A program made the translations under genes and the position numbers. A stretch of DNA of 63,363 nucleotides from Actinomycetes bacterium (GTDB lineage: Bacteria > Actinomycetota > Acidimicrobiia > Acidimicrobiales > Bog-793), in the NCBI GenBank assembly GCA_021838945.1, contig JAKCCH010000004.1:1-63363 (forward strand). Reading direction: 5' to 3'. How positions within the stretch are numbered: position 1 is the first letter of the stretch; each line of letters starts with the position of its first letter. Under the pieces are notes generated by a model that was not told where the DNA came from, did no database searches, and worked only from the letters and a program-made list of their open reading frames with translations. Positions 1-10,314 of this stretch are shown piece by piece.

Positions 1-1
1 A

Positions 2-139
2 GCCTCTTCGAGCCCCGTCCACGTCTCGGGCAGGTCGGTGGTCGTCCTGCAGCGGATCGACCAGCCCGACGAGGATTCCGGCGTGGCGCCGTACCCGCTC
101 GTCGGCTTGCAGGAGTCTGTTCCGGGAGAGGCGACCTAG
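2..139 (+). CDS. glgX: 3' fragment of a gene entering the window, probably glycogen debranching enzyme GlgX
   Basis: Frame 2 is open from base 2 to TAG 137-139 and reads ...PVHVSGRSVVVLQRID..., resembling the GlgX C-terminal 'RSVVVL.R' motif. It converges on glgB in a glycogen gene context. Confidence 0.5.
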   Translation, partial: ASSSPVHVSGRSVVVLQRIDQPDEDSGVAPYPLVGLQESVPGEAT

Positions 140-2076
140 GACGATGCGCTCTGCGTCGCGCTTTCGTCTGCGAGGAGCAGTACCCCGAGTGGCGGCAGCC
201 GCAGCGAGACGCTCTGGCTGTAGCCGTGCGATGCGCGCTCGTCTGAGCCGACCCGTCCGAGGTTCCCGACCCCGCTGCCGCCGTACTCGCCGGCATCGGT
301 GTTGAGCAGCTCGGTCCAGGCGCCGGGCGCGGGTACCCCGATCCGGTAGCCGTCACGGGGGACGGGGGTCAGGTTCGCCACCACGAGGACGCTCCCCGTC
401 GTGCCGCGGCGGAACCAGGCGAGTACGTCGTTCTCGACGTCGTCGGCGACGACCCATGCGAAGCCGGCGGGGTCGAAGTCGGTCCCGTGCAACGGCTCGA
501 GCTCGCAATACGAGCGGTTGAGGTCGCCGACGAGACGAGCGATGCCGGCGTGGTCTGGATGCTCGAGGAGCGACCATTCGAGCTCGTCCTCGTGGGACCA
601 CTCTCGCCAGGTTGCGAGCTCACCACCCATGAACAGGAGCGACTTGCCGGGCTGGAACGCCTGCATCGCGAGCAGGGTGCGCAGGTTGGCCCGTCGCTGC
701 CAGTCGTCACCTGGCATCTTGGACGCGAGCGAACGCTTGCCGTGCACGACCTCGTCGTGGCTGAGAGGGAGCACGAAGCGCTCGGTGAAGGCGTAGAGGC
801 CCCGGAACGTGAGCTCGCCGTAGTGGTAGCGGCGATGGACCGGCTCGCGCTCGATGTGCAGAAGGGTGTCGTGCATCCAGCCCATGTCCCACTTCATCGA
901 GAAGCCGAGCCCGCCCTCCGACGTCGCCCTGCTCACGCCCGGCCACGCCGTCGACTCCTCGGCGACGGTCAGCACGCCTGGGAAGCGCTCGTGAAGAGAG
1001 TTGTTCAGGCTGCGCAGGAACTCCACGGCATCGAGGTTCTCGCGCCCCCCGTACCGGTTCGGCACCCACGCCCCGGGCTTGCGCGAGTAGTCGAGGTAGA
1101 GCATCGACGCGACGGCGTCGACTCGCAAGCCGTCGACGTGGTAGCGGTCGCACCAGAACCAGGCGCTCGACACGAGGAAGCTGCGCACCTCGTGGCGCGA
1201 GTAGTTGAACTCGTAGCTGCCCCAGTCAGGGTGCTTGCGCCGGCGCGGGTCCTCGTGCTCGTACAGCCGGGTGCCGTCGAAGTCGCCGAGGGAGTACTCG
1301 TCGGTGGCGAAGTGCGACGGCACCCAGTCGAGGATGACTCCGATGCCGCGCTGATGCAGGTGGTCCACGAACTCCATGAACTCCGTCGGAGTGCCGTACC
1401 GGGCGGTCGGCGCGAAGAACCCGGTCGTCTGGTAGCCCCAGGACCCGTAGTAGGGGTGCTCCATGACCGGCAGCAGCTCGACATGGGTGAAGCCGAGCCG
1501 CTCGACGTGATCGGCGAGCAGCGGAGCCAGCTCGCGGTAGTTGTAGAACGCGCCGTCCGGTTTGCGCCGCCAGGACCCGAGGTGGACCTCGTATATCGCC
1601 ATCGGCTCGGTCGGCTGTTGGCGGAGCTCGCGTTGCGACATCCACTCGGCGTCGCGCCATTCGTGAGACAGGTCGGCGACGACGGACGCCGACGCCGGCG
1701 GGCACTCCGTCGCGAAGGCGTACGGGTCGGCCTTGTCCCGGGGACGGCCCGACCTCGGCTCGATGCGGTACTTGTAGCAGGTCCCGGCCACCGCGCCGGA
1801 CACCTCGCCTGCCCAGAGGCCGGAGGAGCCCTCGGGCTCGAGCGCGTCGGCTCCCGGCTGCCAGCCGTTGCCGTCATGGATCACCGACACCGCCCGGGCG
1901 TTCGGCGCCCAGACGGCGAAGGACGTGGCCTGGCTCGTCCGTGGGTGCGCACCGAGGCGGTCGTAGGCCTGGAAGAAGCGTCCCTCGTTGAAGAGGTGGA
2001 CGTCCGCCGGCCCGAGCACCGGCTCGAGCCGCTGATGCTGTCGGGGCACGTCCGAGGAATTACCCCCGGCGGCCAT
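136..2076 (-). CDS. glgB: 1,4-alpha-glucan branching enzyme (GH13)
   Basis: Motifs FAVWAPNA, IYEVHLGSW, GFTHVELLPVMEHP, DGLRVDAVASMLYLDYSR, AEESTAW, LSHDEVVHGK. Confidence 0.97.
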   Translation of the reverse strand: MAAGGNSSDVPRQHQRLEPVLGPADVHLFNEGRFFQAYDRLGAHPRTSQATSFAVWAPNARAVSVIHDGNGWQPGADALEPEGSSGLWAGEVSGAVAGTCYKYRIEPRSGRPRDKADPYAFATECPPASASVVADLSHEWRDAEWMSQRELRQQPTEPMAIYEVHLGSWRRKPDGAFYNYRELAPLLADHVERLGFTHVELLPVMEHPYYGSWGYQTTGFFAPTARYGTPTEFMEFVDHLHQRGIGVILDWVPSHFATDEYSLGDFDGTRLYEHEDPRRRKHPDWGSYEFNYSRHEVRSFLVSSAWFWCDRYHVDGLRVDAVASMLYLDYSRKPGAWVPNRYGGRENLDAVEFLRSLNNSLHERFPGVLTVAEESTAWPGVSRATSEGGLGFSMKWDMGWMHDTLLHIEREPVHRRYHYGELTFRGLYAFTERFVLPLSHDEVVHGKRSLASKMPGDDWQRRANLRTLLAMQAFQPGKSLLFMGGELATWREWSHEDELEWSLLEHPDHAGIARLVGDLNRSYCELEPLHGTDFDPAGFAWVVADDVENDVLAWFRRGTTGSVLVVANLTPVPRDGYRIGVPAPGAWTELLNTDAGEYGGSGVGNLGRVGSDERASHGYSQSVSLRLPPLGVLLLADESATQSASS

Positions 2077-4240
2077 CGCCTACCTCCGCTCTCCCCGCAC
2101 CGATCGCCCGGTCGGCAGCATGACGAGCCGCCGCGTCGAGCCGCGCTTGCGCCAGCCCGCCGAGGGTGTGTCGCAGCCGCGGGTCCACCGCCATCTCGTC
2201 CAGGCTCGCTGCGAGCGGTCGCTCGAAGTTGGCGTGCTCGTCCGTCGTGCCCGGCACGTTCTGTGGATCGAGCTCGCCCCAGCAGTCCTCCACGTTGACG
2301 ACCACGATCCCCGCGTCGGACTGGCCGAGCTCTGCCACGAGCGCGGCGTGCACGGCGATGGCGTCTGCAGAGTCGTCCTCGGCCAGCAGCTCCGAGGCGA
2401 TGAGGCGGTCGACGAGCGTCTCGCGAGCGCGGCGCCGCCTGAGGAGGTCATCGGAGACTTGCTCTTCGGACACGAGTCCCAGGCCCGAGCGGTCGCCGAT
2501 GTCCCGCCCGGCGAACCAGCCCGCGAAGGTCGCCGTGTCGTGTGTGTCGACGAAGGCGGCCGAACCGGGCCGGGGAGCGAGCGGCTCCATCGGGTGAGCG
2601 CGCTCGCACTCGAGGTCGAAGACGGCCACGTGCATGCCGGCGATGCCATGGGAGGCAAGAGACTCCGTCAACGACGGCTCCACCGTCCCGAGGTCCTCAC
2701 CCATGAGGGCGGTGCCGCCCCGCCATGCCTCGAGAGCGCACAGCGCGAGCGCGTCCTCGAGGTGGTAGCGCACATAGGCGCCGTCGGAGGCGGGGTTGCC
2801 GTCCGGGATCCACCAGAGCCTGGACAGACCCATGACGTGATCGAGGCGCAGGACCGAAGCATGCCGGCACAGGTGCCGCAGCGCGCCACCGGTCACGGCG
2901 TATCCCGAGCGCCGCTCGCTCTCGGGGTGGAGCGGCCGGAAACCCCAGTCCTGGCCACCGGGGAAGAAGTGGTCGGGCGGTGCCCCGATGGTGGCGCCGC
3001 TTGCGAAGGACTCCGGGTGGGCCCACGGGTCGAAGCCGCCTGCCTGGCAGCCGACAGGCAGGTCGAGCATCAGCCCGACGCCCTTCGCGGCGAGAGCGGC
3101 GGCCACCTCGGCCATCTGCTGGTCCATCGCGAATTGAGCGAAGACGTGCGCCGCCACGGCGGACGCGTCCACCTCCCCTTCGCCGATGAGACCGCGGCGC
3201 CAGCTCGATGGCCAACGCCTTAAGTCCGTTCCGCGCACCTCGGCCGCTGCCCGGAACCGGGCGTACACGAGAACGTCCGGGCGCCCGGCGACGAAGGCCC
3301 GGAACTGCTCGAGGCGCCTCCCGCCCACCGCTTCGATCTGCGCAGCCGCCGCTTCCAGGAGCGGACGCAGGGCTGCCGCACGGCGCCCGGGGTCAAAGAG
3401 CGGCCGAGCAGCCGAGCTCGGGCGGCGGAGGACCGCGGCAACGGGGTCCTGTGCGTCGTAGCCGGCCAGCTCCTCGATGCGCCGCCAATCGAGATAGCCC
3501 TCGTTCCACCACTGCCGCGAGATGGGGGAGTACGGGCTCGATCGACCCGCCGGCTCGTCGGACCGTGACCAGTCGGCGAGCAAGGGCAGCGTCGCCACGC
3601 AGGCCGCCCCGTCGCGGGCCGCGAGCCGCCCGAAGCGCTCGAGGCAGGTGAGGTCGGCGACTCCACCGTCGTCGGCGAAGAGCCCGTACGCCGGCGCGAA
3701 GAGGCCCCACGAGAACGGGCCGACCGGGCGGACACGGGACGGAGCCGAGATCACGGTGACCTCGTCGGGCTCCGGCGCGTCCCGCCCCGGGGCGCTGCGC
3801 CCTTCCCGTCGCCTGCCGGCGGTGTGACCGGCGACGACGAGCTGATGGAGCCCGAAGGGGAGCGACTCGCTCGCGACGACGCTGGAGGACCCGTTGCGCA
3901 CCTCCACGCGCACGCGCCCTTTCGGCTCGGTGCCGTCCTCCAGCGCCAGCTCGGCCGAGACCGCTTGGCGAGCGTCGGCGGGAGCGACCGGGAGGTCGGG
4001 GAGGCGACCGTCCCAGGCGACCACGACGGGAGGCAGCTCGATCTCGCCTGCGGTCGCCCGAGCCCGCTCGCCGTCGAGCACGGCAACGGCGTCGTCGAAG
4101 GACTCGAGTGGCTCGCCGAGGGCTGCCAACACCGCGAGCAGCGTCTCGTCGGAGACGTGCCGCAGCCTGCCGAACGCGTCGACGTAGGCATCCTCCACGC
4201 CGTGCAAGCGCGCGAGCCGCTGCAACGGCGGCGGGATCAC
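2060..4240 (-). CDS. malQ: 4-alpha-glucanotransferase (amylomaltase, GH77)
   Basis: Motifs SPYSPISR, DLPVG, GAPPD.F...GQDWG, LRLDHVMGL.RLWWIP, GEDLGTV, THDTAT, QNVPGT. Confidence 0.93.
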   Translation of the reverse strand: MIPPPLQRLARLHGVEDAYVDAFGRLRHVSDETLLAVLAALGEPLESFDDAVAVLDGERARATAGEIELPPVVVAWDGRLPDLPVAPADARQAVSAELALEDGTEPKGRVRVEVRNGSSSVVASESLPFGLHQLVVAGHTAGRRREGRSAPGRDAPEPDEVTVISAPSRVRPVGPFSWGLFAPAYGLFADDGGVADLTCLERFGRLAARDGAACVATLPLLADWSRSDEPAGRSSPYSPISRQWWNEGYLDWRRIEELAGYDAQDPVAAVLRRPSSAARPLFDPGRRAAALRPLLEAAAAQIEAVGGRRLEQFRAFVAGRPDVLVYARFRAAAEVRGTDLRRWPSSWRRGLIGEGEVDASAVAAHVFAQFAMDQQMAEVAAALAAKGVGLMLDLPVGCQAGGFDPWAHPESFASGATIGAPPDHFFPGGQDWGFRPLHPESERRSGYAVTGGALRHLCRHASVLRLDHVMGLSRLWWIPDGNPASDGAYVRYHLEDALALCALEAWRGGTALMGEDLGTVEPSLTESLASHGIAGMHVAVFDLECERAHPMEPLAPRPGSAAFVDTHDTATFAGWFAGRDIGDRSGLGLVSEEQVSDDLLRRRRARETLVDRLIASELLAEDDSADAIAVHAALVAELGQSDAGIVVVNVEDCWGELDPQNVPGTTDEHANFERPLAASLDEMAVDPRLRHTLGGLAQARLDAAARHAADRAIGAGRAEVGDGRRG

Positions 4241-7200
4241 GGCCCGTCCTGCCGGTCAGCGTGGAGCAGCGAGCGCAGGCCGAGCAGCGGCACGTGGACC
4301 CACTCGGGGCGGTTCCCGAGCTCGTAGCGCATCTCATAGAGCGCCTTCTCGAGAAGGTGGGCGCGAAGGTCCACGGCGAAGTCCTCCGGCTCGGGCAACA
4401 GTCCGGTCTCGTCGGCGATGGGCAGGTAGCCCTGCAGGAAGGCGACCGAAGCCCAGTAGGCCCAGCGGTTGGCGGTCCGGTCGTACGCCTCGATGCCGGC
4501 CGGGTCGTCTCCCTGGAGCACGCCCCGCGACACGACGTCGTCGACGGCGCTCTCGCCGGCGTACTGGTACGACCGCAGCATGCCGGCGACGTCGCGCATC
4601 GGCGAGCGCTTCAGCCGGCGCTCGGCGAAGGTCCGCGCCGGCTCGCCCTCGAAGTCCACGAACAAGAAGTCGCGTCCGGTGAACAGGACCTGGCCGAGGT
4701 GCAGGTCGCCATGAACTCGTATCCGGCATCCGGAGCGGATCTCGAGCACGCCCTGGAAGGCTTGCAGCAGCACCTCTTCGTTGGCTTGCAGGTCGTCGAG
4801 GAGGGCGCGGTCCCGCTCGTTGAGCAGCGACGCCCGTTGCCGGGCGAGCGACAGCGTGCGGCGGGCAGCGGAGCGCATCGACTGATATGCCGACCGCTGC
4901 GTCATCGGCGTGACGGGCTCCGGTCGGAAGGCGGATCCACCGGCTGGTGAGGACAGAGCGACGTGCAGCTCGGCGGTCCGCCTGCCGAGCAGCTCGGCCG
5001 CTCCGAGGCTCTCGGCCATCTCGGTCTCGACGATCTCGGGGATGACGAGCGAGCGGATCCCGGCGTGGAACCCGCCCGGACGGATGGGCTCGAGCGGCAC
5101 ATAGGTGCCACCGCCTTCCTCGACGTGCTGCTCGAGGAAGTTGGCGGCAGCCCGCAGCGTCGCCGTCCACGCGTCCGACTCGTTCTGCACGAACTCGTGG
5201 ATGACGGCGATGGCCGTTCCCGGGCCCTGCCCGGGGAGCAGCTCGATCGAACCGAGCAGAGGCGCCACGGTCGCGCCGACCGAGGTGAGCAGGCGGCCGA
5301 GCTCGATCTCGGGATGCGGTCCCGGTTCGAGCCGGCGGAGCGTCTTCACGATCGCGCGCGTCCCGTCGGGATCGCCGACGACGATCGAGGTGTTCGACTG
5401 CTCGGCGGCGGAGACCCGCGCAGGCGCCCGTGGCCCGGTCTGCACCGTGGCGAGCTCGGTCGCCCGGGCCGCGACCGGGATGCCGGTGATGCGGTATCCG
5501 GCGTCGGCGTGGCGACGCCGGCGGCCTGCGACGAGCTCGACGAGCGCCTTCCCGAAGGCCGGGCGGAAGTGGGCGTCGATGAGGAGGCCCGGCTCACCGC
5601 CCGGTCCGGTCGTGAAGGCGAGCACGGCTTCGGGGTGATCCTGGGCGATGTCGCTCGCGGGCTCACCCGTCAGGTGCGCCATCGCCACGAGGTAGCGGTC
5701 CGGCTCGCCGTCGAGGTACTCCACGTTGACGACGACGATCTCCGCCCGCTCGACCTCGTCCTCGAGGGGCAGGGGCACTCGGGTGACGATGCTCGCCGTC
5801 TGTATCCTGCGGTCCTTCGCCCCGAACCAGCGGCGGGTGCGCAGGATGGTCGGCAGCGCGGCCTCCACCCGCCTGTTGGCCTCGCCGTCGAGGACCCTCC
5901 ACCACTGCTGGGGCACACGCAGCGACGGGAGGGAGACGGTGGCGGTCTGCGTCTCTGCCGATGGGCTGCCGAGCGACAGCCAGTAGAACGAGTGCGGGCC
6001 GAGCGTGACGAGGTAGGGAAGCTCGCCGATCATCGGGAACGCCCGTTGCCCGAAGAGCTCGCGCGGGACGACCCCGCGATGGGAGGACAGGTCGAGCTCG
6101 ACGTACTCGGCGAAACGGGAGAGGTTCGCCACCACGAGCACCCGCTCGTCCTCGTCGTGGCGGACGAAGGCCAGCACCCGCGGGTTGTCCGAGGCGACGA
6201 AGTCCATCCGGCCGCGTCCGAACACCGGGTGGCGCTTGCGGAGCGCTATCAGGCGGCGGAGCCACCTCAGCAGCGAGTCAGGGTTGTCCAGCTGGGCCGC
6301 CACGTTGACCGACTCGAAGTGGCACTGGGGGTCGATGTTGACCGGCAGGAACAGCCGCTGCGGGTTCGCGGAGGAGAACCCGGCGTTGCGATCGGCGTTC
6401 CACTGCATCGGGGTCCGGACGGAATTGCGGTCGCCGAGGTAGACGTTGTCACCCATGCCGATCTCGTCGCCGTAGTAGAGGACGGGCGTGCCCGGCATGG
6501 ACATGAGGAGCCCGTGCATGAGCTCGCTCTTTTGTCGGTGGAACTGCAACAACGGTGCGAGGCGCCTCCGGATGCCGAGGTTGATCCGCATGACGGGATC
6601 ACGGGCGTAGGAGCGGTACATGTAGTCGCGCTCCTCGTCGGTGACCATCTCGAGCGTCAGCTCGTCGTGGTTGCGCAGGAAGAGGGCCCACTGGGTGCCG
6701 GCGGGGGTCTCCGGGGTCTGCTGGAGGATGTCGATGATCGGAAAGCGGTCCTCCATGCGAAGCCCCATGAACAGCCGCGGCATCAGCGGGAAGTGGAAGG
6801 CCATGTGGCACTCGTCGCCCTTGCCGAAGTAGGCGCTCGCGTCCTCGGGCCACTGGTTCGCCTCGGCGAGGAGCATCCTGCCTGCGAAACGGTCGTCGAC
6901 GTGACGCCTCAGCTCGCGCAGGAAGTCGTGCGTCTCCGGCAGGTTCTCGCAGTCGGTGCCTTCGCGCTCGTAGAGGTAGGGGACGGCGTCGAGGCGGAGG
7001 CCGTCCACACCGAGGCGGAGCCAGAAGTCGACCGTCCGCAAGACCGCCCGCCGCACGGCGGGGTTGCGGAAGTTGAGGTCGGGTTGGTGCGAGTAGAAGC
7101 GGTGCCAGAAGTACGCCTTCGCCACCGGGTCCCATGCCCAGTTCGACTGCTCGAAGTCCTGGAAGATGATGCGAGCCTGCTGGTATCGGTCGGGTGTGTC

Positions 7201-7632
7201 GCTCCACACGTAGAAGTCGCGGTAGCTGCTCCCCGCCGGGGCGGTGCGCGCCCGCTGGAACCACGGGTGCTGGTCGCTCGTGTGGTTGAGCACGAGCTCG
7301 GTGATCACTCGCATGTCCCGCCGGTGAGCCTCATCGACGAAGCGCCTGAAGTCCGAGAGCGTCCCGTAGTCAGGGTGGATCGCGGTGTAGTCGGCGATGT
7401 CGTAGCCGTCGTCTTTCAGCGGTGACGGGTAGAACGGCAGGAGCCAGAGGGCGGTCACGCCGAGCTGGTGGAGGTAGTCGAGGTGCTGGGTGAGCCCTGG
7501 GAAGTCGCCCCGGCCGTCGCCATTCGAGTCGGCGAATGCCCTGACGTGCAGCTCGTAGATGACAGCGTCCTTGTACCAGTCCTGCTGCGCGCCCGGGACC
7601 AAGCTCGAGGCGCTGCTGCTCCAGGTGCTCAC
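4237..7632 (-). CDS. treS: Trehalose synthase-maltokinase (TreS-Pep2) fusion
   Basis: N-terminal GH13 TreS (WYKDAVIYELHVRAF, FYSHQPDLN, RLDAVPYL, AEANQWPED, FLRNHDELTLEMV). C-terminal maltokinase (EQSNTS, HGDLHLGQVL, DFEGEP, SPMRDVAGMLRS). Confidence 0.96.
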   Translation of the reverse strand: MSTWSSSASSLVPGAQQDWYKDAVIYELHVRAFADSNGDGRGDFPGLTQHLDYLHQLGVTALWLLPFYPSPLKDDGYDIADYTAIHPDYGTLSDFRRFVDEAHRRDMRVITELVLNHTSDQHPWFQRARTAPAGSSYRDFYVWSDTPDRYQQARIIFQDFEQSNWAWDPVAKAYFWHRFYSHQPDLNFRNPAVRRAVLRTVDFWLRLGVDGLRLDAVPYLYEREGTDCENLPETHDFLRELRRHVDDRFAGRMLLAEANQWPEDASAYFGKGDECHMAFHFPLMPRLFMGLRMEDRFPIIDILQQTPETPAGTQWALFLRNHDELTLEMVTDEERDYMYRSYARDPVMRINLGIRRRLAPLLQFHRQKSELMHGLLMSMPGTPVLYYGDEIGMGDNVYLGDRNSVRTPMQWNADRNAGFSSANPQRLFLPVNIDPQCHFESVNVAAQLDNPDSLLRWLRRLIALRKRHPVFGRGRMDFVASDNPRVLAFVRHDEDERVLVVANLSRFAEYVELDLSSHRGVVPRELFGQRAFPMIGELPYLVTLGPHSFYWLSLGSPSAETQTATVSLPSLRVPQQWWRVLDGEANRRVEAALPTILRTRRWFGAKDRRIQTASIVTRVPLPLEDEVERAEIVVVNVEYLDGEPDRYLVAMAHLTGEPASDIAQDHPEAVLAFTTGPGGEPGLLIDAHFRPAFGKALVELVAGRRRRHADAGYRITGIPVAARATELATVQTGPRAPARVSAAEQSNTSIVVGDPDGTRAIVKTLRRLEPGPHPEIELGRLLTSVGATVAPLLGSIELLPGQGPGTAIAVIHEFVQNESDAWTATLRAAANFLEQHVEEGGGTYVPLEPIRPGGFHAGIRSLVIPEIVETEMAESLGAAELLGRRTAELHVALSSPAGGSAFRPEPVTPMTQRSAYQSMRSAARRTLSLARQRASLLNERDRALLDDLQANEEVLLQAFQGVLEIRSGCRIRVHGDLHLGQVLFTGRDFLFVDFEGEPARTFAERRLKRSPMRDVAGMLRSYQYAGESAVDDVVSRGVLQGDDPAGIEAYDRTANRWAYWASVAFLQGYLPIADETGLLPEPEDFAVDLRAHLLEKALYEMRYELGNRPEWVHVPLLGLRSLLHADRQDGP

Positions 7633-9614
7633 GCCAGGCCCTCTACGGCGAGGAGGTGCGCAGGGATGCCGGATGGGTCGAGCTTGACGAAGTTGGTGCC
7701 CGCCTCCCAGACGTAGCGCTCGTCGTTCAGGGCATCGTGGACGATGAATCGGTCTCCGTCGGAGAGGCCGAGCGCACCGGGGTCGAGCGACACGAAGCCG
7801 GACTGGGTCCAGCGCCAGTCGAGGTTGACCACTCCGAGGACGGTGTCGCCCAGGCGACGCTTCGACCAGCAGATGATCCGGTCGTTGTCACAATGGTGGA
7901 ACGTGAGCCCTTCGTTGCGCTGGAGAGCCGGGTGCGCGTGCCGCGCGGCGTTGATGCGGGCGACGAGCTCCGCGAGCGAAGAGGGGTCGCCCAGGTCGTG
8001 ATGGTGCACCTGGTACTTCTCGGAGTCCTTGTACTCCTCGGATCCCGGGCCGGCCGGCTCGTCCCACTGGAGCTCGTACACAGGTCCGTAGATCCCGTAG
8101 TTCGAGGACAGCCCGGCTGCGAGGACGAGGCGCGCGATGAAGCTCGGCCTCCCACCGTGCTGGAGGCTGCGCGCCAGGATGTCGGGGGTGTTCGGCCACA
8201 CGTTCGGTCGGAAGTACTTGACACCTGGTTCCGAGGTGAGCTCGCGGAAGTACTCCTCGATCTCCCATCGCTCGTCGCGCCATGTGAAGTACGTGTAGGA
8301 CTGGTCGAACCCCGCCTTCGCGAGGCGGTGCATCACCTTCGGGCGGGTGAACGCCTCGGACAGGAAGATGACACCCGGGGTCTCGCGCTTGATCTCGGCG
8401 AGGAGCCACTCCCAGAAGGCGAAGGGCTTGGTGTGCGGGTTGTCGACCCGAAACACCCGGACCCCCAGGGCCACCCAGAACGCCACGACGTCCGCCAGCG
8501 CCTGCCACAGCCCATCGCGGTCGCGGGTGTGGAAGTCGATGGGGTAGATGTCCTCGTAGCGTTTCGGCGGGTTCTCGGCACAGGCGATCGTGCCGTCGGG
8601 GCGATGCCGGAACCAGTCGGGGTGCTCCGTCACCCATGGGTGGTCGGGCGAGCACTGGAACGCGAGGTCGAGCGCCACCTCGATGCCGCGGCGCTTCGCC
8701 TCGGCGACGAGGAGCTCGAAGTCCTCGAACGTGCCGAGCTCGGGCGCGATCGCGCTGTGGCCGCCGGCAGGCGAGCCGATCGCCCATGGGCTCCCGACGT
8801 CTTCCGGCCCGCCGACGGGGGAGTTGTCCCGGCCCTTGCGGGCCGTGACCCCGATCGGGTGGATGGGCGGCAGGTAGAGCACGTCGAAACCGAGACGGGC
8901 GATGTAGTCGAGCCGCTGCACGACGTCGTGGAGCGTGCCCGGGCGGCGCGGGTCCGGGCTCGCCGAGCGCGGGAAGAGCTCGTACCACGACGAGAAGGCG
9001 GCGATCGGCGGTGAGGCGAATCCTTTCAAGCGGAAGGTCGTCGTGCCTTCGTCAGGAAGCGGGCGGCGGGCAAGGGCAGTCCCAGCCGCGTCGACGGCAT
9101 CGAGCAGCTCGCCCGAGATGGCCTCTGTCGCCGCGCGCTCGGCGAGAGCCTGCACCATCTCCGCGTCCTCGTCGCCGGTACTCACGAGGCCCTCGGCGGC
9201 CTCCGCGAGGAGCCGGTGCGCCGTCTCACGTTCGAAGGGATCGACGGTGGCGGCGTTGAGACGGCGACGCGCATCGCGCGCCCAGGTCGCGAGGTCGTCG
9301 ACGTGGGCGGCGATCTCGATCTCGAAGGGACCGTCCGCCGTCGGCGTGACGGTGCCGGCGAAGGCGTCGTTGCCGAGGTTCTGCATGGGCGCCTCGAGCC
9401 AGCGGCGGGCTCCGACCCGGCGGAAGCGGACGAGCGCACGGACGAGGTCGTGACCATGCGTGAAGACGTCGGCTCTCACGGCAAGCGGGTCGCCGATGAT
9501 CGCCTTCGAGGGAAAGCGCCCGCCGTCGACGAGCGGCTCGGGTCGCTCGACGACCACTGCCGGAGAGGGTGGCGGCATGTAACGGATCACGGTCATGCGT
9601 TCCTCCGGAGCCAC
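7629..9614 (-). CDS. glgE: Alpha-1,4-glucan:maltose-1-phosphate maltosyltransferase
   Basis: Motifs SSWYELFPRS, YLPPIHPIG, GSPWAIG, AENPPKRYEDI, FRVDNPHTKP, FLSEAFTRP, PNTPDIL. Confidence 0.97.
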   Translation of the reverse strand: MAPEERMTVIRYMPPPSPAVVVERPEPLVDGGRFPSKAIIGDPLAVRADVFTHGHDLVRALVRFRRVGARRWLEAPMQNLGNDAFAGTVTPTADGPFEIEIAAHVDDLATWARDARRRLNAATVDPFERETAHRLLAEAAEGLVSTGDEDAEMVQALAERAATEAISGELLDAVDAAGTALARRPLPDEGTTTFRLKGFASPPIAAFSSWYELFPRSASPDPRRPGTLHDVVQRLDYIARLGFDVLYLPPIHPIGVTARKGRDNSPVGGPEDVGSPWAIGSPAGGHSAIAPELGTFEDFELLVAEAKRRGIEVALDLAFQCSPDHPWVTEHPDWFRHRPDGTIACAENPPKRYEDIYPIDFHTRDRDGLWQALADVVAFWVALGVRVFRVDNPHTKPFAFWEWLLAEIKRETPGVIFLSEAFTRPKVMHRLAKAGFDQSYTYFTWRDERWEIEEYFRELTSEPGVKYFRPNVWPNTPDILARSLQHGGRPSFIARLVLAAGLSSNYGIYGPVYELQWDEPAGPGSEEYKDSEKYQVHHHDLGDPSSLAELVARINAARHAHPALQRNEGLTFHHCDNDRIICWSKRRLGDTVLGVVNLDWRWTQSGFVSLDPGALGLSDGDRFIVHDALNDERYVWEAGTNFVKLDPSGIPAHLLAVEGLA

Positions 9615-10295
9615 TCAACGGACCCTATCGAGGTCCTCTCCGAGCGACTCGCGATCGCACAGCCAGGTCACGCGTTCCGCCGTCACCCGTGCTGCGGGGA
9701 GCGGGTCGCCCTCGAGGATGCGATGGAGCGCCTCGTGCTTGGCCTTCCCGCTCACGGTGAACACGGCGTGGCGGCAGCGCGAGATGGCGGCGAAGGTGAA
9801 CGTGAGCCGCTCGTGCTCGTTCCGCCCGGTCGGGTCGATGCTGCGCACGACGAGCCGATCTGCCGGAGCATCGAGCGCCGGGGAGCCGGGGAAGAGCGAC
9901 GCCGTGTGGCCATCGGGCCCGAGACCGAGATGGACGAGGTCGACCGGGAGGCGGCTCGCCACGAGGGCCTCATAGTCGGGTCCGCGCTCGCAGTCCATCG
10001 GGTGGAAGCCACCCACGGGCACCCGCTCGGTCAGCACCTGCCTGATCATGTTCTGGTTGGCGTCAGGGTCGTCCGGCGGGACGCACCGCTCGTCACCGAG
10101 CAGGCACTCGATGTTCTCCCAGGCGATGCCCCCGGTGCGAGCCAGGCGTTCGTAGCAGAGGCGGGCCGTGTCACCTCCCGACAGTGCCAGGGTCACCCGG
10201 CGGGCGGGCGCGGAGCGGGATGTCTCGAGGACGAGGTCCGCGAAGGCGGCGTGCACGTCGTCGACGACGAGGAGCTCTCCGTTCGGGACGTTCAC
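9615..10295 (-). CDS. pgl: 6-phosphogluconolactonase
   Basis: Motifs LALSGG, GDERCVP, LGLGPDGHTASLFP, RLTFT. Start placed at GTG 10295, just after the gnd stop. The ORF track extends to 10355. Confidence 0.9.
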   Translation of the reverse strand: MNVPNGELLVVDDVHAAFADLVLETSRSAPARRVTLALSGGDTARLCYERLARTGGIAWENIECLLGDERCVPPDDPDANQNMIRQVLTERVPVGGFHPMDCERGPDYEALVASRLPVDLVHLGLGPDGHTASLFPGSPALDAPADRLVVRSIDPTGRNEHERLTFTFAAISRCRHAVFTVSGKAKHEALHRILEGDPLPAARVTAERVTWLCDRESLGEDLDRVR

Positions 10296-10314
10296 GGCGC
10301 GGCCGGCGGCGTGC

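Noticed and set aside
487-9014. Long plus-strand ORFs (487-2298, 4963-7425, 7656-9014) and similar antisense ORFs elsewhere (e.g. 21940-24153, 25813-27900, 55725-57824)
   Set aside because: They are antisense shadows of well-supported genes, expected from high-GC codon bias, and carry no recognisable motifs.
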